Source of the DNA: Balanoglossus misakiensis
Taxonomy: Eukaryota > Animalia > Hemichordata
Direction of reading: 5' to 3'
NCBI GenBank assembly: GCA_040954595.2
Contig: JBECUI020000047.1
Span: 14,937-78,936 of the forward strand
Length of the DNA stretch: 64,000 nucleotides
Shown one piece after another: positions 39,354 through 52,300 of this stretch; position 1 is the first letter of the stretch; every line of letters begins with the position of its first letter. The position numbers were made by a program, and so were the translations under genes. The notes beneath the pieces are model-generated. The model was not told the origin of the DNA. It did not search any database and saw nothing but the letters and a program-made list of their open reading frames with translations.

Positions 39354-41417
39354 ATGAAGGGTTTATTTTTGCCAAAATCTTAGTGAAATCAGTGGTGCTT
39401 TTTGTTGCTCTGTTTAGTGTTTCTTGTGACAGTACCGGCACCAGCAGTGTGCTGAGTCCCCCGATTAGCAACCTCGCCGTTCGATTTGTTGCGGAGGACA
39501 GTATCCATATAACATGGAGCCCTCCCACACTCGCACCTGATATATATAATATCATCCTTAAGGCCAATGACGCCACAATAAGCGAAAAGAACATACTTGC
39601 TGACGATCCAGCTATTATTTCCACCGAATCCGGTCTGTCATACACTCTTACCACGGATATTCTTGATCCAGCTACTACCTACTCCATAGAAGTCCGGACA
39701 ATGCTTGGCAGTACCTACTCGATCGTCGTATCCTCACTTCCGCTAAAAACTGGTATCACGGATTCTGCCGTATCAAACATAGAAGTAACGGAAACTCAAC
39801 CTGATAGCATTACTCTCTAATGGCAGCAGGCAGATCCTGTAGAACGTTCAGCCCACTCCTATATCATTCGTCTCACCGATGAATCAGGACAAAAACTCAC
39901 ACAAAACATACTTGCTGCAGACCTCACTCCCGATGCATCAGGTCTTATTCGTTATACCTTACTAAATCTTGACCCTGGGAAATCCTATCGGGTGGAAATT
40001 ATTACCCAGTTAGACGAAGCAGGAAACGACCTCAGTACGCCAATAGAACCAGCTATCCCGGTAGCAACAGCGCCGCCATCATCAGTAAATGTTGGCACTG
40101 CTGCGCCGATTGCATCAGTCAGCACAAGGACAATCATGCTGAGATGGGATGCAGTATCACCCGGCAAAACCGACCAGGGGTATGCCCTTCCTACTCGCTA
40201 CTCTGTCTACATATCGTTAGTAGATGGAACTGTCTCGGATATTGCAGTGCAAGAGAATCTTGTGCACAGGCTGCCAACTTCTGCCCTAGGCACATATGAA
40301 GTGCAGATAACGCAATTAAAAGACGGAATGTTGTTGGCACCTCCAACAACATATTTCATTGTTATACAATCTGAAGCAGTAGATGGAGGAATCACTAGTA
40401 GTACGAGTTACACAAGCACAACAGCAATAACTACCGACCCGGAAGCAAGTAGAGCACCCGGATCAGTTGATCCTTTGACCATAGTCAAAGATGAAACCGA
40501 AAAAACTATCAAGACTCTGACACTAAGCTGGGCGGCAGAAGAAGTAGGATTAGATGCGGAAGGAAACATTGTACCAACCCTCTATGTCATTCGTTACCTT
40601 CCCAGCACACACACCGAGCGAAGAAGACTGGAACAATGCACCAACAGTAGAAACGGAAGACACACACTATACCCTGACCAATCTGGAAGGTGCAGAGCAA
40701 TATCAGATACGCATCCAGTCTGAAAATACCGTAGATAGAACATCAACCTCCATATGGACGGAATCAAAAGAGTTTTCAAGTAACGGTGTTACTGGAATAG
40801 AGGATAATAAGATAAGCAATAGTTTTCAGCGAATACGATTGGCAGATACGACAGAAGAAATAGCCGCACGATTGAAGTCTATTGATCAGTGGGGCACAGC
40901 AAGCTGGGTTAGCATGGAGTCGGCATTGTTTAAGGCAAGCAGCATGACTATGGCTGCAACCGACATTCCTGATCTCTCAGGAGTAGAAAATATGAGTAAG
41001 ATGTTCAGAGATGCATCCTCATTCAATGGAGATATCAGCAACTGGAACACTGCCAATGTAACCAATATGCTTGTAATGTTCAATGGGGCAAGTGCATTCA
41101 ATCAGGACTTGAGTGGCTGGGTTGTCTCCCAGGTAACCACTATGATAGGAATGTTCAGTAGGGCAGACAACTTCAAACAGGATTTCGGACCATGGTATAT
41201 TACATTGCCGCAGACGACCATCTTGGTAGACACTCCACTGACCATTGCAGCACAGAACGACTCCCTTGCAGGACAGCTGGGAAATCCACAGTACAGTCTT
41301 CCGACCGATGCTACAACTGACAACGGTGAGTATACCATAAGCAGACAAACAACAAGCGCCGATTTTAGCACGCCACAGGAACCAATTGTGCAGTTTACTA
41401 TAACGGTAGAACAGTAA
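39354..41417 (+). pseudogene. Divergent FN3/BspA lipoprotein pseudogene
   Basis: Lipobox FSVSC; in-frame TAA at 39818-39820; frameshift near 40610; stalk-to-PKD region deleted (NGVTGIEDNK joined to ISNSFQRIRL); only 2 repeats; deletion in the last domain. Confidence 0.8.
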
Positions 41418-41586
41418 AAATTCCCAGAAAACAGCGGGGCTTTAGTGCTCTGCTGTTTTTTGACTATAGTTTTGCCCCCTCCACAGCCCCCCATTGTGGT
41501 ATCAATAACCCCTGCGCAATCTATCTGATTTGATTGAAATTTTGCCCTTTGAGCATTATACTCCCCTTAACTCATTGGAGGTCATT

Positions 41587-44164
41587 ATGCGTTCAATTTT
41601 TATTGCAACAACTTTTCTTCTTGTTGTATTTGCCTTGTTATTTTCTTGTGATGGCACGGCCGCTCCACAGGAAGAGGCACCACCAGCCATTGATGTCCAG
41701 ACAATCGCCAAGGATGAAACCGAGAAAGAAATCGGTTCTCTGAAGCTCACCTGGGTTGCTGTCCAAGGAAAGAATGCCGAGGGAAACTTGGTTGATAGTA
41801 CCTACTTGGTAGAGTATCGCCTTTCTACAGAGAGCAATTGGACAAAGTTGGAAGCCGTAGATCAGCCCACCCTTACACTCACTGGCTTGGAGGCAGGAAT
41901 GGAGTATTCTATTCGCATACAAGCCATCAGCACCTTTGACGCCAACATGGTCAGTGACTGGACAGAAGCAGGACAATTTGCTGCAAATGGAATTAGGCCC
42001 TTAGAAATCCATGATACTAGTGGAGCCATCAGCGAACTGACTCTTGCAATCGGAGAGACCCGGACGCTGAGTGTCCCAGAAAGCTTCTGGGTCAACGTAG
42101 AGGATACCTCAGTAAGCTGGGTAAGTAGTGATAACACCACTGTAGAAGTAACAGATGGCATGGTTGAGGCAATAACAGAGGGAAGTGCCACAATAACGGC
42201 AACATCAGGAGCAGACCCGACCAATGCGGCATCGATAACGGTGAATGTTCCAAGTTTAAGCAATGTGGTTCTGTATGATGAGGATAGCCTTACTATTCCC
42301 TATGGAGAAAGCGATCCCTTATCCTCACACCGAGTGATCTACTCTTACCAGGATTGTCTTTAACCTACACAAGTTCGGGCACTGTAGCGGGCATTACCGT
42401 GGGAACCGATGGAACCATAACTATTGATAACACAACACAAGTAGGCACGTATACCCTGGACATAACAGCAAGTGCGGATGGCTACACGAATACGGCAAGC
42501 CATCAGATAGCCATAACGATCAGTCAGAGGGCAACAGAAGAGTATATGGTCTATGCAGAAGGAGAATTTACCAGGGGAGAGGCATATGCACCAGCTACAG
42601 CTGCCCCACAGGGAGCTGGAGTGAGTTATGCCATGAATCCAACTCCGACTGGATGGAGCATTGACGCAACAAGTGGGACCATCTCTATCGCTTCAGATGC
42701 ACCAGCTGGGGTAGAACAAACGGTTACTGTAACGGCAAGTCCAAGCAATCCTAACTATGCCGCTGGCAGTGTTGAGTTGACTAAGTCTGTTGCCGCCCCG
42801 CCGTCCTTTATAACACGATGGGAAACAACAGAAGCCAATCAAAGCGTGGAGATTCCCGTGGGAAGCAGTACAGCAAGCTATGATATATCCTGGGGCGATG
42901 GAACGGAAGACACACTCTCTGGTATAGCACGCCATACCTATGCAGAAGCAGGAGAATACACAGTTACAATAAGTAATAGTTTCCAGCAGATACGGCTGCT
43001 AGATACAACAGAAGAAATAGCCGCACGATTGAAGTCTATTGATCAGTGGGGCACAGCACAATGGATTAGTATGGAGGGGGCATTTGCTAATGCCATCAAC
43101 ATGACGATGGCAGCAACCGACGTTCCTGATCTCTCAAGAGTAGCCAATATGGGTTTCATGTTTACCTCCTACATTGGGGCAAGTGCCTTCAATGAAGATC
43201 TCAACAATTGGGATACGTCAAATGTGACCAATATGGCTAACATGTTCTATGGGGCAAATGCCTTCAATGGAGATATCAGTAGCTGGAACACAGAAAAAGT
43301 AATCAATATGGCTTTGATGTTCTATGGGGCAAGTGTCTTCAATGGAGATATCAGCAACTGGAAAACATCAAATGTAACAGTTATGAGTTCCATGTTTGGT
43401 TTTGCACGTAGTTTCAATCAAGACTTGAGTCGCTGGGACACCGCCAAGGTAACGGATATGCGTGGGATGTTCCAGAGCGCAACCGCCTTCAATGGAGATA
43501 TCAGTCGCTGGAACACCGACGAGGTAACCCGTATGGATGAAATGTTCTATGGGGCAAGTGTCTTCAATGGAGATATCAGTAGCTGGAACACAGAAAAAGT
43601 AACCAATATGAGTAACATGTTCAGTGGGGCAACCTCATTCAATGGAGATATCAGCAACTGGAACACAGAAAAAGCAACCAATATGCGTAGGATGTTCTAT
43701 GGGGCAAATGCCTTCAATGGAGATATCAGCAACTGGAACACAGAAAAAGTAACCGATATGAGTCTTATGTTCAATGGGGCAGGAGCATTCAATCAGGACT
43801 TGAGTGGCTGGGTTGTCTCCCAGGTAACCAATATGTTTGTAATGTTCAATGGGGCAGACAACTTTAAACAGGATCTCGGACCATGGTATATTACCTTACC
43901 GCCGACCACCATCTCGGTAGACACGCAATTAACCATTGCAGCACAGAATAGCATCCTTGCAGGACAGCTGGGAAATCCGCAGTATAGTCTGCCGACCGAT
44001 GCCACGACCGACAACGATAAGTTCAGCATTAGCAACGGAACAACCTTGAATGTCAATAATGGTACTGATCCCGGCGACTATACCATAAGCATACAAACAA
44101 CAAGTGCCGATTTAGCACGCCACAGGAGCCAATTGTGCGGTTTGCTATAACGGTAGTACCGTAA
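41587..44164 (+). CDS. Short-type BspA lipoprotein (9 repeats) without a CTCA tract; 1-bp frameshifts near 42317 and 44112
   Basis: GGAGG then ATG 41587, [21 protein letters not shown]; ORFs 41530-42363 and 42354-44150; paralogous end ITVVP-TAA at 44164. Confidence 0.8.
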
Positions 44165-44560
44165 AGATTCCCAGAAAACAGCGGGGCTTTAGTGCTCCGC
44201 TGTTTTTTGACTATAGTTTTACCCCCTCCACAGCCAGCCCCCCCACTGTGGTATCAATAACTCCTGCGCAATCTATCTGATTTGATAGAAACTTTGCCCT
44301 TTGAGCATTATCTTTTTAAGGCTCTTGGGCTGATAGGGGACTCTGTCTCGGGTTACAAAGATGTGGGGTAGTGTCAAGAATTTTGCGCACTTTCAAATCT
44401 CCAATGTTGAAAGAGCCTAACGTACATCTTGCCTTATCGCTTCAAGTAAGTCCATATTCAAATACTTTTCTGTACTCCATTTTGTTCCCATGATGTACCT
44501 GAGCCTGGCAGCTGATAGCATAAGGGCCGAATCCCCATCGGGGAAATGTTCTGCTAGTAT

Positions 44561-44605
44561 GGTTCTTCGAACCAGGGTTCTTCGAACCAGGGTTCTTCGA
44601 ACCAG
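44561..44605. repeat. 15-bp unit GGTTCTTCGAACCAG x3 inside the transposase (RRTLV repeats)
   Basis: Three exact tandem copies read directly. Confidence 0.9.
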
Positions 44606-44975
44606 GGTTCTGCGTTTGATTTCTTTCATGATTCTTTCAAGAGGATTATTAGTCCTGATCCGAATCCAATGTTCCTGAGGGAAATACCTATGCTCAAGAG
44701 TTTCGTGGATATAGTTTTTCACCATGTTAGCAGCCTTGGAAGTTCCATATTGCGGAGTTTCGCTTCAATCAGTTGAGCCTTCTCAAGAGCAGCATCACGA
44801 TCTTCTTGCGCATAAGAATTGCCTTCTCAGCATTGCTGCAACTTCACGGACCTTCTCACGGGGAACCACCTGAGAATACATTCCGGTAATAGTGAACAAC
44901 GCATCGTTGCCATCGTGCTTTAGGGAAAAACTTTTCGATGGATTCAGGCCAATCCGATGCATTTGTCGCTGCCGA

Positions 44976-45005
44976 AGTAGGGACAGGTCGCGACCTGTCC
45001 CTACT
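44976..45005. repeat. Perfect 30-bp palindrome, GTAG-type REP-like element
   Basis: AGTAGGGACAGGTCGCGACCTGTCCCTACT is its own reverse complement. Confidence 0.85.
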
Positions 45006-45930
45006 CCTTGATGAGTTGATTCCGCCAAGTATTGATTCTCTACTAAGAGATCCTGGTTCAAATTGCTCATTGTCCCAGGGCTTTATCTTGGTTCCCCAAA
45101 GGGCCTCGGTAATATCTTTAACTCGGCGCACTGAAACACCAGCTAAATACATTTCAACTAAGGCTTCTTCAACGGATGTTTCCTGGCGTTTATAACGCTC
45201 AATAATTGCTGTTTCGAATGGAAGCCGAAGTAGGGATATCCAACTTCCTGGTGTAATGTCCGGCACGAGTATCTTTTCGTGCATCCGTAGGTTCGTATTT
45301 TTCAGCCTGAAGTAAAGGATCTGCCTCCGCATTGAGCATGGCATTCAAGGTTTCCTCATACGGTTTCTTTAACCATTTGGCTGCTCTGTAGGAGATCTTC
45401 ATCGATCTGTATGATCTCTCCCCGTGGGGTCTCTGACTTCATTTTGTCCTCCGTGTGAATGGTTTTACATTCGATTCCATTTCAACATTGGAGGACATTT
45501 TTTTTCAATGCCTTTTTAGAATGTGCGCAATTTTTTAAACACTACCCTCCTGGCACCCCCCCCCACTCCTGGCAGCCTCCAAGGCCCCCACTCCTGGCAG
45601 CCCCCAAGGCCCCCCACTCCTGGCAGCCCCCCCCCAGGCCCCCTCTCCCGGCAGCCCCCCACTCCTGGCGGGCCCTGGGAGGCTTCCTGAAAAAGATCAA
45701 TATGTCCCACCTCATCCCACAGACCGGATCACCCCACTCCAAACCAATAAAACAGAAAATAATCTTAAAAAACTTGGTTATTCCTCTAAAACGTAATAAG
45801 CTTTTATACCGTAGTGTCCTTATAGCTTCTTAATCAAAAAGTCTTCTGCTTATAAGAAAAGACTTGACAAAAAGTGTCACTACGAATAGGATAGACCAAA
45901 CAAAACCAAATTTTTAAGGAGATCCAGCAT

Positions 45931-48563
45931 ATGAATTCATTTATCAACTCACTCACTCACTCACTCACTCACTCACTCACTCACTCACTCACGCGTTAGG
46001 ACATCATAGGAATACCCTAGGGAATACCCTAGGGAATACCCTAGCTAAAGCTAAAAAACCTCTTCTTTTTCCCCTTGCCTTTCTTCTTGTTGTATTTGCC
46101 TTGTTATTTTCTTGTGATGGTTCTGGTACCACGACCGCTCCACAGGAAGAGGCACCACCAGCCATTGATGTCCAGACAATCGCCAAGGATGAAACCGAGC
46201 AAGGACTCGGTTCTCTGAAGCTCACCTGGGTTGCTGTCCAGGGAAAGAATGCCGAGGGAAACTTGATTGATAGTACCTACTTGGTAGAGTATCGCCTTTC
46301 TACAGAGAGCAATTGGACAAAGTTGGAAGCCGTAGCTCAGCCCACCATTACACTCACTGGCTTGGAGGCAGGAAGGGAGTATTCTATTCGCATACAAGCC
46401 ATCAGCACCTTTGATGCCAGCATGGTCAGTGACTGGACAGAAGCAGGGCCCTTTACTGTGAATGGAATTCGGCCCTTAGAAATCCATGATACTAGTGGAG
46501 CCATCAGCGAACTGACTCTTGCAATCGGAGAGACCCGGACGCTGAGTGTCCCGGGAAGCCTCTGGGTCAACGTAGAGGATACCTCAGTAAGCTGGATAAG
46601 TAGTGATAACACCATTGTAGAAGTAACAGATGGCATGGTTGAGGCAATAACAGAGGGAAGTGCCACAATAACGGCAACATCAGGAGCAGACCCGACCAAT
46701 GCGGCATCGATAACGGTGAATGTTCCAAGTTTAAGCAATGTGGTTCTGTATGATGAGGATAGCCTTACTATTCCCTATGGAGAAAGCGGTTCGCTTCTTC
46801 CTGCACCGAGTCATCTACCATCAGCAGGATTGTCGTTAACCTACACAAGTTCGGGCACTGTCTCGGGCCTTACCGTGGGAACCGATGGAACCATAACTAT
46901 TGATAACACGACCCCAGCAGGAACCTATACCCTGGACATAACAGCAAGTGCGGATGGCTACACGAGTACGGCAAGGCATGAGATAGCCATAACGGTCAGT
47001 CAGAAGGCAACAGAAGAGTATCTGGTCTATGCGGAAGGAGATTTTACCAGAGGAGTAAGCTATGCACCAGCTACAGCTGCCCCACAGGGAGCTGGATTGG
47101 GTTATGCCATGAATCCAACTCCGACTGGATGGAGCATTGACGCAACAAGTGGGACCATCTCTATAGCTTCAGATGCACCAGCTGGGGTAGAACAAACGGT
47201 TACTGTAACGGCAAGTCCAATCAATACTAACTATGCCGCTGGCAGTGTTGAGTTGACTAAGTCTGTTGTCGTCTCGACGTCCTTTATAACACGATGGGAA
47301 ACAACAGCAGCCAATCAAAGCGTGGAGATTCCCGTGGGAAGCAGTACAGCAAGCTATGATATAGACTGGGGCGATGGAACGGTAGAAACACTTTCTGCCA
47401 CAGCAAGTCATGTCTATGCAGAAGCAGGAGAATACACAGTTGCAATAAGTAATAGTTTCCAGCAGATACGATTGCTAGATACAACAGAAGAAATAGCAGC
47501 ACGCCTTAAGTCTATTGATCAGTGGGGCACGGCAAGCTGGGTTAGCATGGAGTCGGCATTTGCCAATGCCAGCAACATGACGATGGCAGCAACCGACGTT
47601 CCTGATCTCTCAGGAGTAGCCGATATGAGTGCCATGTTTGCCTCGTACAGTGGGGCAAGTGCCTTCAATGGAGATATCGATAGCTGGGACACGTCAAATG
47701 TAACTAATATGACTGACATGTTCTATGGGGCAGTTAACTTTAATCGGGACTTAAACAACTGGGAGACCTCCAAAGTAACGACTATGGTTCGCATGTTCTC
47801 TGGGGCAGCTAACTTTAATCGGGACTTAAACAACTGGGACACCTCCAAAGTAACGACTATGGGTCGCATGTTTTTCGGCGCAACCGCCTTCAATGGAGAT
47901 ATCAGTGGCTGGGACACGTCAAATGTAACCAATATGGGAGGTATGTTCCGGCGTGCAGGCTCCTTCAATGCAGATATCAGTAACTGGAAGGTTGGCGCGG
48001 TAACAGATATGGGAGGGATGTTCGAATTGGCAGTTGCTTTTAATAGGGATATCGGTGACTGGGATACGTCAAGTGTAACAGATATGAGAGAGATGTTCTT
48101 TTCCGCAGCTGCTTTTAATTGGGATATCGGTCGTTGGGTTACGTCAAATGTAACCGATATGGGAAATATGTTCCACAGGGCAAGTGCCTTTAATGCAGAT
48201 ATCAGTAACTGGAACATCACCAAGGTAACCAATATGACTGACATGTTCGTTTATGCAACGAGATTCGCTCAAAACCTCGGCCCATGGTATATTACCTTAC
48301 CGCAGACCACCATCTCGGTAGCCACGCCATTAACCATTGCAGCACAGAATAGCTTCCTTGCAGGACAGCTGGAAAATCCACAGTACAGTCTGCCGACCGA
48401 TGCCACGACCGACAACGATAAGTTCAGCATTACCAACGGAACAACCTTGAATGTCAATAATGGTACTGATCCCGGCGACTATACCATAAGCATACAAACA
48501 ACAAGTGCCGATTTTAGCACACCACAGAGTCCGATTGTGCAGTTTATGATAACGGTACAGTAG
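45931..48563 (+). CDS. Phase-variable short-type BspA lipoprotein (8 repeats); OFF, otherwise intact
   Basis: ATG 45931; 820-aa ORF 46101-48563. Confidence 0.9.
45948..45991 (+). repeat. (CTCA)11 tract, frame OFF
   Basis: 44 nt counted. Confidence 0.95.
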
Positions 48564-49391
48564 CCATTTCCGAACAACAGCGGTGCCTTAGAGTTCCGCT
48601 GTTGTTTTGACTATAGTTTTACCCCCTCCACAGCCCCCCCATTGTGGTATCAATAACTCCTGCGTAATCTATCTGATTTGATTGAAACTTTCCCTTTGGC
48701 ATTATCTTTTTAAGGCTCTTGGGCTGATAGGGGACTCTGCCTCGGGTTACCAAGATGTGGCCGCTCTGCTTGCCTATAGCCAAAGCAGCCAAACGGACAG
48801 CTATACCACCGGGATTGTCTCTGGGGGGTAGTTTACAAGGTACCATAACCAACAGCTACCGCTACGACAAGCAGATCATCCCCTGACAACTTCACCCCCA
48901 AGACCTCTGGCAGCGCCGTAGTTCTGAAGCAACTCACCCCCAACCCGGTACACCTCCACCGAAACTGGCAATCCAGGCTGGACCGCCGATAACTGGATCA
49001 TCGCTGGCCCGGTAAACGCCCCCCGGCCAGCCCGACATCAATAACCTCCCCCTGGCAAGCCCCCAAGGCCCCCCACTCCTGGCAGCCCCCCCCAGGCCCC
49101 CTCACTCCCGGCAGCCCCCACTCCTGGCGGGCCCTGGGAGGCTTCCTGAAAAAGATCAATATGCCCCACCTCACCCCCACAGACCGGACCACCCCCACTC
49201 CAAACCAATAAAACAGAAAATAATCTTAAAAAACTTGGTTATTCCTTTAAAACGTAATAAGCTTTTATACCGTAGTGTCCTTATAGCTTCTTAATCAAAA
49301 AGTCTTGTACTTATAAGAAAAGACTTGACAAAAAGTGTCACTACGAATAGGATAGACCAAACAAAACCAAGTTTTTAAGGAGATCCAGTCT

Positions 49392-52300
49392 ATGAATTCA
49401 TTTATCAACTCACTCACTCACTCACTCACTCACTCACTCACTCACTCACTCACTCACTCACTCACTCACTCACGCGTTAGGATATCATAGGAATACCCTA
49501 GGGTATTCCCTAGCTAAAGCTAAAAAACCTCTTCTCTTTCCCCTTGCCTTTCTTCTTGTTGTATTTGCCTTGTTATTTTCTTGTGATGGCACGACCGCTT
49601 CACAGGAAGAGGCTCCACGAGCCATTGATGTCCAGACAGTCACCAAGGATGAAACCGAGAATGGAATAGGTGCTCTGAAACTCACCTGGGTTGCTGTCCA
49701 AGGAAAGAATGCCGAGGGAAACTTTGTTGATAGTACCTACTTGGTAGAGTATCGCCTTTCTACAGAGAGCAATTGGACAAAGTTGGAAGCCGTAGCTCAG
49801 CCCACCATTACACTCACTGGCTTGGAGGCAGGAAGGGAGTATTCTATTCGCATACAAGCCATCAGCACCTTTGATGCCAGCATGGTCAGTGACTGGACAG
49901 AAGCAGGGCCCTTTACTGTGAATGGAATTCGGCCCTTAGAGATCCACGATACCAGTGGAGCCATCAGCGAACTGACTCTTGCAATCGGAGAGACCCGGAC
50001 GCTGAGTGTCCCAGAAAGCCTCTGGGTCAACGTAGAGGATACCTCCGTAAGCTGGGCAAGTAGTGATAATACCGTTGTAGAAGTAACAGATGGAAATGTT
50101 GAGGCAATAACAGAGGGAAGTGCCGAAATAACGGTAAGGGCAGGAGCAGATCCGACGAAAACGGCATCCATAACGGTTACCGTTTTGGGATTAAGCAATG
50201 TGGTTCTCTATGATGAAAATAGCCTTACCATTCCCTATTCTGGAGGAAGCGGTTCGCTTACTCCTGCACCGAGTAATCTACCATCTGAAGGATTGTCGTT
50301 GACCTACACAAGTTCGGGCACTGTCCCGGGCATTACCGTGGGAACCGATGGAACCATCACTGTTGATAACACGGCCCCATCAGGAACTTATACTCTTATC
50401 ATAACAGCAAGTGCGGTTGGCTACACAAGTACGGCAAGTCAGGAGATAACCATAATGGTTGGTCCGCAGCCAACGGCAACGGAGATCTATCTGGTCTATG
50501 CGAGAGGATATTTTAGGCGGGGAGAAACCTATACACCAATTACAGCCGCCCCGCAGGAAGCAGGATTGACTTATAGCATGGATCCGACACCGACCGGGTG
50601 GAGCATTGATGCAACAACAGGGACAATCTCTATCGCAATAGATGCGCCAGCTGGGGAATCAACAGTTACCCTAACGGCAAGTCCAAGCCATAATGGCTAT
50701 GCAGCCGGAAGTGTTTCTCTGACCAGGTCAGTCAGTATATCCTCTGCACCAACCGATCTACTGAATTTGCGACCAGCATCTTCTAATACAGAGGTAGGAT
50801 ATTTACCGATTGCATGGGATGCACCAACGAATGCAGGTAATCTCCTAGCACCGGACGGGTCCCCAGCTGAAGTACGCTACACCCTACAGGTGCAGCATGT
50901 CAGTAACAGAAATTGGGTAACAGTCGCGTCTTCCATAACGACAACAAGCCATACGGTCTTTCTTAGTCCTATTCCCTCCCGGGGTGGGTATGGTCAGGCA
51001 CTGGGGGTTTGGAGTCCTGGTGACTTATATCTGACACCCCGTGACTTTTGGGTCCGTGTACGTGCAGAGAATTCAGCGGATAGTTCTCAGACCAGTTCTT
51101 GGCTTGTAGGAAAGGTCGGCAGTAATGGATTTGTCAGGTCCGTTACCATTACCGATGCTGATGGCAATGAGATACCCCAAGAGATCGAAATTCACATATC
51201 GGAACCGCTTCAGTTGTTGGCAGTAGTTGCCGGCACCAACGTAGGGAGCAGCGTGGCATGGAGTAGTGATACGCCAACGGTGGTAACGGTTTCCGGGGGG
51301 AACATTCTTGGCATGGAAGTGGGAACAGCAACCATTCGAGCAACAAAATCCAATCGGATAGACGAGGTCTCGGTACAAGTGAGCCGAGGCGCCTTAAGTG
51401 GAACCGTCTCATATACCGATGAAACAATACCCGTAGGTGAAGAACGCATATTGTCTCCAACGCTAACAGTACTTCCTGCATGGTTAACAGCGACCGATCT
51501 GACCTATGTTGTAGGCAGTATAGCAAAAGATGGCGGGGGAACCCTTCCAGGAGATGATTACAGCATTGCAGCGAATGGGAATATAACAATACAAACCTAC
51601 AATCTGGGAGTCTACACCTTTACTATGGACATATCACACCCGAGTCTTGACGGAACACTCGCTAGTACATTCACCGTAACTGTAAGCGGGACGCAAATAG
51701 GGGGAAGTTTTAGTTATGGAAGCCTTCTTATGGCTTCAGTAGGAACGCAATCTTTCTTTCCTCTGTACGAGAATACCCTCACCGATCCTGCCCCCGATTG
51801 GAGTATTACAGGAGCAACAGGCCTAAGCATAGAGGGGGGAACTGGACGCATAATAGTAGCTGATACGACCGCAACAGGTGAGTATCAAATAAGTATTACG
51901 GCTACAGCTGCAACAGCTGGATATAGTGACACGATTGTACAAGACCTTACCTTGTACGTACAGGAAAGTGCTCCTGCAACAACCTTCGTCTACAAGAGTG
52001 ATATGGACACAAGATCTCAGTCCTATTTCAGTTGGGGAGATAGGGATAACCCCTTCCTCTTTTTCACGGACAAGAGTGATGCAACAGGACTGAGTGCGCA
52101 GGTAACCATTCGCGAGGAGAACTCAGGGAAGGTGATCTTTGATACTCCGGCAGCAACAATTACTACCAGTACTGATAGTACAGGAGGGATAATTGTGGGC
52201 ATTGGTCCTGCAATGACGAGTAGCGAGTGGTCTACGATTACTGAGGGTAGGGTGAGGATAGCAGTAGAACTCATAGATGGAACGACATCTGAACAACTGG

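Larger units (their letters stand above)
44417..45442 (-). pseudogene. IS256 (Mutator-like) transposase, frameshifted and internally deleted
   Basis: Motifs EETLNAMLNAEAD, RKDTRAGHYTRKL, FETAIIERYKR...EMYLAGVSVRRV, WQRCVVHYYRN and IRTNNPLERIMKEIKRRT are spread over several frames; GGAGG RBS before ATG at 45442. Confidence 0.9.
44366..45547 (-). mobile_element. Decayed IS256-family insertion sequence
   Basis: Imperfect 29-bp terminal inverted repeats (GGGTAGTGTCAAGAATTTTGCGCACTTTC / reverse complement GGGTAGTGTTTAAAAAATTGCGCACATTC) enclosing transposase fragments. Confidence 0.9.
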
